DNA of 64,000 nucleotides from Antedon mediterranea (taxonomy: Eukaryota > Animalia > Echinodermata). A program made the position numbers and the translations under genes. Shown here piece after piece: positions 54,310-64,000 of the stretch. Numbering within the stretch: the first letter of the stretch is position 1; every line of letters begins with the position of its first letter. Below the pieces are notes generated by a model. That model was not told the origin of the DNA. It saw only the letters and a program-made list of their open reading frames with translations, and did not search any database. The stretch spans positions 25,314,871 to 25,378,870 of the forward strand of contig NC_092676.1 of assembly GCF_964355755.1 (NCBI RefSeq), given 5' to 3'.

Positions 54310-54467
54310 CGGTCTGTTTTCCACCCGTCTATGTTTGGCAGTATGCTGGACGAGGTCATGGAGTTACAGAAGGACCGATTCCCTGACAGTAAAATCCCAT
54401 GGGTGGTGAAGACATTGTCTAATGAGGTGATCAAGTTAGGCGGTGAAAAAACTGAAGGCATATTCAG
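54310..54467 (+). CDS. ARHGAP39: ARHGAP39-like RhoGAP exon (SMFGSML...IPWV...TEGIF)
   Basis: RhoGAP EGIFR motif, with the arginine-finger codon split by the following intron. Confidence 0.93.
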
Positions 54468-54708
54468 GTACTTATCATTATTACTTATCATTGGATTGGC
54501 TTAAAATGTCATCTCTCCTTCGGGCTAGTCCAAAATGTCAACTTTCTCCTGGGCTGGTCCAAAAGGGCTGATTTTCTTCAATTCTTTTTTAATAGGTAGG
54601 ATAGAATTATGGTACCTTTCAAAAAATATGGTAGAAGTTTTAGGGACCATTTTGGGAAGTTTATTTAATATAATATGCAAACCACAAAATGTTTTCTTAC
54701 TCTTCTAA

Positions 54709-55014
<306 letters not shown>

Positions 55015-55056
55015 TAATGGACAGGTAAAAAAAAACTACAATTCAAGTGTGTATAG

Positions 55057-55546
55057 CTGATTTTCCACTAGGCGAATTGGTTCGTGCGAATTGAAAGTCT
55101 TAAGTTATACGCATGCGTAGAGAGGGTTTTTGGAGATGGAAACATGAATATGAATACATTATTATTAAGCTGATTTTTCAATAGACGAATTTGTTCACAC
55201 AAAGCGAAAGTGTCAGCTTATACGCATGCTTATTCATGTTCCTATCTTTCAACTCCATCTCTGCGACGAATTCTAGCTTCTTGAGTTTTTTTTTACTTCA
55301 GCGAATTGGTAGTTCAAATTGTTTTTACTTTTTGCGAAGTGAAAAATTGCGCAACCATTCAGAGATTAGGGAATGAGGTATGACGCATTTATGAGCACTC
55401 ATGTGAATCAAAAAGCTCAACAGACACATGATGAACATAAAAATCACAGCTATTCGCTCTTTTAGTGGAAAGGGTAGCATGATATTTTTTTTCTCTGCAA
55501 AACGTTGCACTCATGCAAACAAATTCTCCTAGTGGAAGATCGGCTT
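55057..55546. mobile_element. MITE-like element (TIR about AGCTGATTTTCCACTAGG)
   Basis: Imperfect TIRs agctgattttccactagg / cctagtggaagatcggct; internal partial repeat. Confidence 0.55.
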
Positions 55547-55624
55547 TATGTGTCACATATTTCTAGGCTACCTATATTTTAGGGTAATCTGAACCACAGA
55601 CTCTGCCTATTGTTTTATAAATAA

Positions 55625-55840
<216 letters not shown>

Positions 55841-56550
55841 GATGGAATAAAAGAGTTCTTGTCAATTAGAGTTATGATGTAACATCTTGTGCAGATCGAG
55901 TTATGAAGAGCTGATTTTCAGGATCAAAGAAAATATATATATTCAGGAATTTTTCGCTCGGAAAAAGCAGGTGCTGGCACGTGCTATTGTGTGCGTGTTT
56001 ACGCACGCACAGTGCACGTTCCCGTTAAAATGGGACGTGTGATGGAACGTGTTGATCATCAGGTGCTGGCATGTGGTATTCAGTATTTGTTTATAGCACA
56101 GGATATATTATTTGTGTACTAATATTGAAGTAATGGTCATGTATTTACAGGAACATATTTATTAACTCATTTTGGTATTTGTATCTTATACATGCATTGA
56201 CATTTATATATGAAAGTACCTTACAATGTGTTAACATACTGATCTCCCCATCCCCCCCCCCCCCACACCCATATTGTTGGTGTAGTACTCAATAGAATGG
56301 GTTGTGCTATATTTGTACATCCTATGTGTACAGTGGAGAAGACATACATATGTTGTACGTGTTATTGTCGCATGTATTTCAATTAGCATGAGCTTTGTCA
56401 GTATGTGTTGCCGCGTGTTATACATAGATAGTAGCACGTGTGTTATACATAAATCGTGTCGCGTGTTATACATTCATTGTCTCTCGCGTGTTGCACATAG
56501 ATCGTGGCGCGTGTTGATGTTTTCAAATACATAATGTGTCTTGGTTTCTA

Positions 56551-56737
56551 AAGGCCAACTCAGACAGCGTCGTACAACCAGGCCCGATGAAAACGTCTTG
56601 ACTTGTCAGTGCTGTTAAATCATGACGAGACTAGTCATTTTGAGATAGCGTCGAGCATAGTTTTTAGGGGAGAATTTAACATGTTTAATTTTCTCCTGAT
56701 GCAAGCCTCGTCGTACTATGCTGTCTCAGTTGACCTA
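56551..56737. mobile_element. MITE family B copy in putative 3'UTR
   Basis: TIR aaggccaactcagacagc; homologous to 24651-24776. Confidence 0.7.
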
Positions 56738-59231
56738 AACTCATTTTTGTTTACATTCATCTTTCAAGACCTGTTGGAACATACCATTCACTTCTTAGTG
56801 ACATATAAAGTACGGTGCCTGCAGCTGTATTGTCAGTGTGTGAAACTCTATTGTTCATTATCAAGAATATTATCTTTTTGTGTTTTTTCTGGCCAATAGT
56901 TTCTTGAGAACATTGTCATATACGGTAGCATTGTAAACGTTTTCCTAGCGCCCTCTATTGTTTGGTAATGAATACAAATACTGTATTTTTTATGTAGGAA
57001 AGAAATTCAGAATGTTGAATTGCTCGGTTATATTTTGTTTCTTCTCCATGGTTTTATCAACTGTTAAATCTGTTATCTTAATGCATTGTGATATCTTTGA
57101 TCTTCTGGTAAACAAACTGCGTATGCATAAAAAACCTTTTTTTGTAGCCTCAGTCACTCTTGTCAACCCTTTGTCTTTTCTATAGGTACTTTGACCGCTG
57201 ACCCGTAATTTTTTTTCTGCTTAGCCAATCCCCATAAAATCAAATTTTTATTGCAAGTTACATTGTATTACAGTTCAAAATCCTTCGTAATCTATATTTT
57301 GATAAACTATTCAACTTATGACATGCCATGACCAAATTTTCTATTATCTAATAATCTATTTTATTTTTTTTTACCTGACCATGACCACTGCTCCAGATTC
57401 TGTGTATTGTATTAGCTGATATACGCTTTCCTATTTGTTTGGCCTTTTGTTCATACTTTGTGTCGGATCTTACTAAACAAAAATTCCTGTTTCATACATC
57501 ACTGTTGCGTGTTATTTGAATACTTTGCTTCGATTGGCTACTGTAGCATAGACCTATATTTATAGGGGCGTGGCTGTAGTATGAATTGTATCATATGATT
57601 ATGATGTCACTAGTATGTTTAGCTTACAATTGTGAACATTTAAGTTTAATCAGACAATCAAAATTTCCTTTTTTTATTGCATGCAAACAATCAATTGTAT
57701 TCATTGTCGCTGGGAGCTTTTCAATCATTTTCTAGACTGCAAGAAAAAATGCAGACACGTCTTTCTAAAACCGTTTTCAAAAACCCTAATAATAATAATA
57801 AACAGTATTTATATAGCGCCTAATGGATCACTGATAATCTATGAAATAGATTTGCATCATTGATTTCTAAGTTTATTATCCAATTTCAAAGCCAGATATT
57901 TATCCCACTTTTAAGTATCCTGCTACATACATTATAATCTGCTTTGATATATATATATATACAAAGTTTTTGATTTAATATTAGTGAAAAGATAAATATT
58001 TTGGCACATATAGCGTTTCATATGTATACTACTTGAGCTCATTGAAATTTTCGGACAAAGATCGAAACGTCAACTGGTGGTCTAACACAAAAAAGACAAT
58101 AACTACAGACACTTGGGGCAAGTCTAGTGCTTTGAGGGCATTATTATTCATACACTGTTTAGTATGTATTCAAATTCAGCTCCTAGAACAATTTTCCGCT
58201 CGTGAATTTTTTTTTAGGAGGTTCGACTCCAGTCTTGTGTGATGAGGTCTTTTATTTCACGATATAGATAGTCCCCCAATGAGGAAGGTTTATTTTATAC
58301 CTTCCTGGTTCAATCATGATCAAATTATTTTTGGCAATAATTTATCAGGGATTTTTCATGATTAAATCTGTTTTTATAATTGCCTATCTGTGCCACTCCT
58401 AGCTGGTTTATTAAAAGGAGTGGGATTCTTTATGAGGCTGAAATATAATCCCAAAATTATTTTCTGATAGTCATTTTTAAAGCTTTTTTTTTTTTACAAA
58501 AACGCAACGAAAGGACCGTTAAGCGTAACGCAAGTGACCAATTACAAGCAATGGATTATTCGAACGGTCCTTTCCCATTGATCAATTCGCTTGCGTCGCG
58601 CTTACGTCTTTGAGTTGCGTCGATGATGGTGAAGAGATGACATTCAATTTCTATTTGTTAAACAAAAAATGTTTAGATAATTTTGTACACACAACAAATA
58701 ACTGTTCTATATTGAACAAATTTCTTACCTTTTTTTTTATATTTTTATGGAACAAACATTATTTTTATCATTTTCGAGTACATTCAATGCCTGCAATTAA
58801 CAATAAGATACAATAAAAGCGCTGATAGAACGATTTAAAAAGCAACCAAGTATACGAAAAAAATACAATTATTAAAAATATAATTGTAAGATGTAGGCCT
58901 AGATGTTTTACGACAATTTGCAACTCAATTTATTTTTTATTTATTTCATAGAATTTTTCTCTTTATATTTATTTGCCATTTTCTATCAAATTTACTTTTG
59001 CAAAAAGTTATATATATATGTACAGCCTTAAATTTTGTACTATTTGATATGCTTCCGATAATTGTTTAAAAATAACGAAGGATGCAATAAAAAGCATAGC
59101 ATTGTGAAGTTAGATTATTCTCACTGAAATAATAATAATATCAGTGATACGACTAAAATGAGAAAAACAGTATGTTATTATAAAGATGTTTAGCATATAG
59201 TATTAACCGTAGATTTATGAATAAATATTAT

Positions 59232-60537
59232 GCTTGATTCACACTGGAGACGCAACGCAAGGACGTAAGCACTATAAAACTAGGTTGTGATGTGCCCCCA
59301 AATATGGTAGTGATATGATATCATCGTGTCTATTTGCACATAAAGTGTGATTTGACCAATCACAAGCGATGGATTATCCGAACTGTCGCTTGTCATTGGT
59401 CAACTCGCTTGCGTTGCGTCTCTAGTGGGAATAAAGTTTTAGTGTTAAGATTTATTAATATCGCTATTATAATATATAATAATTCCCATTATTGTTTTAT
59501 TATTAATATTAAATTTATTATTACAAATATTGTATTGTGAATCAATACAAAGTTAATGTACATAATTTTTCGTATGATTACTTTCTCCTCCATTTTATCT
59601 ATAGAATTGTGAATATGTAATTTATATGTAACTTATTTCATGTGTTTAAACTTAAGGTTTTTGTGCTATGTTAATCCTGTGTACAGATAACCTAAATATC
59701 ATGAATAAAATGATTTGCAATATTTCAAGTTAAACACATTTATCGATCTTCATTGCAATTATTAGTTCACTGTAAAATGTTCTTTGAAATGTTGTGCTCC
59801 GTCAAATTGCGTGATAGATTAAAATGAAAGTTCACATGACATTTGCGACAACCTAACACCAATAAGGCAATAGGACACTGAACTCTATGTCTGGCTGAGA
59901 CAAATACTAACAGTACTGTACTATGTACATTCCCCGCGGCGCGCGATGTCTGTTAAATCTTGGTTAATTCCCACTAGCGACGGAACGTAACGCAACCTAC
60001 GCAACGTAAGAAAATACCCTTCCAATAATTGTGTTTCCCACCCCCATCTTCCCCCCCCCCCCCCCCGCCTGCGTGAAATCAAATCTGCGATATTTGCAGC
60101 ATTGTTGCGTCGTCGTCGGTTTCCACTTGTGGTTACGCAATACAGCACTTTGCGTCAAAACGTCGCTGCGTTACGTTGCGTCGCTAGTGGGAACCACGCT
60201 TTAGGGACGTAGAAGAACTGACCGTGTCGCAGCCACAGATAAACCCTTTGATCAGCATCCTCCTGTTAGCTTGCTTTGTTAGAACCTACTAATAGGCCTA
60301 TGTACTTTATCTATCGTCCGCCTGCACATAGAAACTACCAAACGCTTTGTTCATTATGATGCGGTTTCTGCTTTAAGCGTGGTTCCCACTAGAACGTAAT
60401 GCAAGGACGTAAACGGAACGCAAGCGTTTTAACCAATGACAAGCGAAGTTATAGACAGTTAGCAATCACAAGCGAATAAGCCATCGCTTGTGATTGGTCA
60501 ATTCACTTGCGTTGCGTCGCTAGTGGAAACCACGCTT
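59232..60537. mobile_element. Cluster of related MITEs (TIR AAGCGTGGTTCCCACTAG; ACGCAACG subterminal repeats)
   Basis: Best copy 60375-60537; others at about 59960-60203 and 59232-59438 (the latter contains a MITE-A fragment); a remnant at about 58480-58620. Confidence 0.7.
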
Positions 60538-60834
60538 TACCGCTAACAAAAATTAACAGTGGGGTTTATTATCAATGTTGTTGCCAAGGTTATATTTATA
60601 CAGCAATATAAATGTATAGCTACCCTCTTATTGCTCGAATTCGTCTGCTATCTGGGTCATAATAATTATTATAATTACTCGATGGTCTATTCAATCATGG
60701 AGTATCCGTGGATTCCAACTATTGTACAGTAACTATACAAAGGATTTCTTTTTTCATCGTGTAGACCACAAGCGCTATTTAATGACCATGATACCAAATA
60801 ATTTATTATTAAACAATTGTTTACAATGTATTCA

Positions 60835-61092
60835 AAGCTCTGTCTACACTACCAAAAATGAAAAAAAACTTGTCACATGCGGACGTGACACACATGCTCA
60901 AAAACGTACAGAGTGGCGAACACAAGTGAGACGCGCAATGTCCAACGAAACTAATTTGAGAAAAAAAAGTGATGTGCTCAAATATGCCAGTAATGTGCCC
61001 AAATATGGTAGTGATATGACATCATCATGTCCATATAGGCCTATGGGCACATCCCATTTTTGTCACATAAAGTTTGATGTGTAGATAGAGTT
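60835..61092. mobile_element. MITE family A copy with about 90-nt foreign insert
   Basis: Left TIR at 60835, foreign segment about 60865-60945, then MITE body. Confidence 0.7.
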
Positions 61093-61436
61093 AACACAAT
61101 AAATCCGTAAACAGAAAGATGTGTTTTAGCTAAAATACAAAATATACCTAATATTATTTTCATTAATTTTTTATTATTTATTTTATTATTTCTCTACTTA
61201 AAGATGTATTGTCCCCCTAAAAAAAAAATCATTTACCTTAAGAAATTAAAATTGTAAGCAAAAAAATAGTCAAATTGGCTGCCAGCCTATTGGTTTTTGT
61301 CTGTTTATAAGTAAAAGCATCATTTTGTCTATGAAAGTGCTTAGCTTTATTAAAGCTGCAAAATGGACTATTGAAAGTCTGATTTTATTAATCTTCATTT
61401 TTTATGAAAATTTCGCTACTCCAGCTCAGAATGAAT

Positions 61437-61654
61437 CTAAATCTTGACCGGACAGTTCGGGTTGAATTTCGTCATCGTTGCCATCATGGGATTGGGATCG
61501 TAGAATACCTGCAGCTTCTCAATCTTGAGTGCGTCATCCACAGTCGCAATACAACATCCCGTCATTTCAATTTCTTCGTTCGTTGGTTCGTTTCCTAGAT
61601 ACGGTCCGGACCATTTCGTCCAATGTCGCCAAGTAAAAGTTACTTTTGGTGGTC
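61437..61654 (-). CDS. Pathogen-related protein-like gene, exon 3
   Basis: ttttAG|GA acceptor, phase 1; PPKVTFTWRHW...GNEPTNEEIEMTG...LQVFYDP...CPVKI*. Confidence 0.88.
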
Positions 61655-62211
61655 CTAAAAAAGAGACAAAGTAACGGTAATAAAAGTGTCTGATTTGTGA
61701 TAAATGCGGACTCGACTCGTTAATCGATGTATATAATATTAATGGCATTTCTTTTTACGTGGAAAAAACACTCTCTGTACATTATATTAGATTCAACATT
61801 TTTTTTCTTAAATTTTATTTACAATTTGCTTCTGACGGATTAACCTAGGATACATTAAACTTAGTACCACCAATTTTACCCTAATGTTTTTGTTGTATTC
61901 TTGGGTTAGAAATGTTTTGACAATGCGCTTTGTAATTTCCTGCCGAAATCCTTTCACATTATGAAGAGGATTATTCATAGGACTTATAATCGAAGGTTTT
62001 GATAAGGCGTGCTTTTGTGATAAATACTTCGGAATTTATAGAGAAGCCGGACCGGTTTTGTGTTTTTGCGTGTAATGCGTAAATATTACATTATGTAGTT
62101 TCATTCACTCTCTTCCCTGGTTTTACTGACCAACTGGCAACGATTGAATAGTTTAGTCTGTCATTTTCCTAGCCCCATTACATTTTTGTAATTTGACCAT
62201 AAACTACTCAC

Positions 62212-62428
62212 CAGAAATAACTTCAATAAGTTCCCAGGCAAAGCCGTCTGGAAAAGCTTCTTTAAACACACCATGGGAGCTTTCATTGGTCTGTCCTTGT
62301 CCATTGTACAAGGGACATTCGCTTAAAAGCATATTGTAGTTTCCCATTCTTATGTTATCTTCAACATTCAGTGGTTTGCCGCCATTAACAATGAATTCGT
62401 ACTTTTCGTGGTTAACCGATTTCCAATC
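62212..62428 (-). CDS. Pathogen-related protein-like gene, exon 2
   Basis: catAG|GAT...TG|GTGAGT; DWKSVNHEKY...NGG...MGNYNMLL...SHGVFKEAFPDGFAWELIEVISG. Confidence 0.9.
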
Positions 62429-63180
62429 CTATGCAATAAAAATATTTTTTCAATAGCATTTTTTTTGTGTGTGGTGAGATGTTTTCAATTAATATATATC
62501 AATGTGATATATTATCAGACTGGATTTCAGTGTGTAAAACAAAATCAAAGGTTATATTTTCTTCTTTCTTTGCTTTAACTGATACCACCTGTATCTGTAA
62601 CTGAAAGCCAATTTACACAGACGAGCGGTAAAGGTAATAACAATATAGAATCTATTTTATTCCTTTTGATCTTTTATACAAAGCGTGGTTACCGTTGTCT
62701 GTGTATAAAATAGTAATTCTCTTCGTTACGTGTTTGGAAGAGAATTTATATCTCATCGTAGTTGTACGACACGGTTTGGTATGCCGTGTGTGTTATGCAA
62801 ATGAGTTTGTGCAGGTGTAGTGGGTAGGCTAAAGGAGTACGGTTATGGTAGTTGGCGTGTGTGGCCGCACCTGCCCAGAATAAACATGTTTCAAACAGAT
62901 AGTTTGTTTTTGTTGGTTCTTGTATGGGGTTAACGGGGACTGAGATGAGATTTGACCTTACGAGCAAAAAGTATGTACTATAATGGTCACCATACAGGTG
63001 CTTTATTCCTGATAAGATTCATGTTCACGCACGCCTCCCGGACGATGGGTAGGATGTTGCGAGCGATCAGACCAAATAATAGTTAGGTCTATAGGCCTAT
63101 AGGCTAATACCCAATCTTATAAATTGAAGGAACTGATAGATACTTTTTGGATACAAAGAAAACAAAATGTTATCACTTAC

Positions 63181-63384
63181 TTCTTTGTCCATTTTATGAG
63201 TACTTTCCATTTCCCATGTTTTGACAAGATTTTCTACTATCTTTTCCAGAGATCCGGGAGCATGTTGACGCGTCTTCTCTTCTATGTATTTTTCGTTGAC
63301 CAGATCGTAGTTAGGCTTTCCTTTCCTCCATCTGATATTAGGATCTTCCATGTGGTCTCTTACTGGTGTTTCCACAGCTGCCAT
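63181..63384 (-). CDS. Pathogen-related protein-like gene, exon 1 (whole CDS 212 aa, probable NTF2/SnoaL-like fold)
   Basis: ATG at 63384; WRKGKPNY...GSLEKIVENLVKTWEMESTHK recalls plant pathogen-related proteins; GAA|GTAAGT donor. Exons of 204+217+218 nt sum in frame. Confidence 0.88.
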
Positions 63385-63437
63385 AGTGTAAAGTTAACCT
63401 AACCGTTGATTCGACGTTTTAGCTTCAAGTGACGTGA

Positions 63438-63448
63438 ATATATATAAC
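63438..63448 (-). promoter_or_regulatory. Possible TATA box of the pathogen-related protein-like gene
   Basis: TATATATT on the minus strand about 55-60 nt upstream of the ATG; position only. Confidence 0.3.
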
Positions 63449-64000
63449 TCATTTCGTGTGCAAAACGGGTAATAAATAGTTGTGGTTCATTCAAGCTTAT
63501 CAATAGATAATAATTCATGTTGATACGTCATAATGTTCATGAAGTTATTTGATATGAATATTCATGGTAGTCTTATGCAGATCTATTGAGAGGGAGGGGA
63601 ACGAAACGGTACAGTTATAGTTACGCTAATTCTTTCAATAATTCATTTTGTTTGGTAAAAATCATTGTCAACATAGACAACTAGAAAAATACACTTAAAA
63701 TGGATTTAAAAACTATAAAAAGCAGAAAAGCGTGAGTTAAAATGTTGAGAAAAAAATACAGTTATAAGATTACAGTAAAAAATACGTTTAAAAAGTTATA
63801 AAAATTGAAATACCAATTAAATGTATAATTAAAACACTAAAAATATAAAAGTGGTTTGAAAAAGTTGAATTGATTTGGCAATAAAAGATTTTGACCAGGA
63901 TAGCCCAAAAACCCAATTACTCGGGTTTATTTCAGTGTTTTAGGGGTCTTGAAATAACACAGTAATAATTGTTAATCACAAACTTATGGACTGTGTTTAA

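Overview
AT-rich, intron-rich animal (invertebrate, plausibly deuterostome) genomic DNA. (1) 1-5097: a DIRS1-type tyrosine-recombinase retrotransposon with gag, RT, RNase H, methyltransferase-like and YR regions, 135-bp inverted terminal repeats and an internal complementary region. Its ORFs are broken but the visible ITRs are identical. (2) 17408-55840 (+): most of an ARHGAP39/Vilse-like gene (WW ... MyTH4-RhoGAP), with 13 phase-consistent coding exons traced by hand. It includes one AT-AC minor-spliceosome (U12) intron and a candidate 33-nt microexon. The first WW exon was not found and probably lies upstream of the window. (3) 61437-63384 (-): a convergent 3-exon gene for a 212-aa protein resembling plant 'pathogen-related protein'. 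Introns are dense with non-autonomous elements: about 15 copies or fragments of one hairpin MITE, PIF/Harbinger-, hAT- and Kolobok-type elements, Deu-domain-like tRNA SINEs, LINE 3' ends, a Penelope-type fragment with a minimal hammerhead ribozyme motif, and minisatellites. All family assignments come from motif recall, not database searches. I found no clear evidence of a wholly new system; the best leads are the U12 intron, the microexon, the hammerhead motif and the DIRS architecture.
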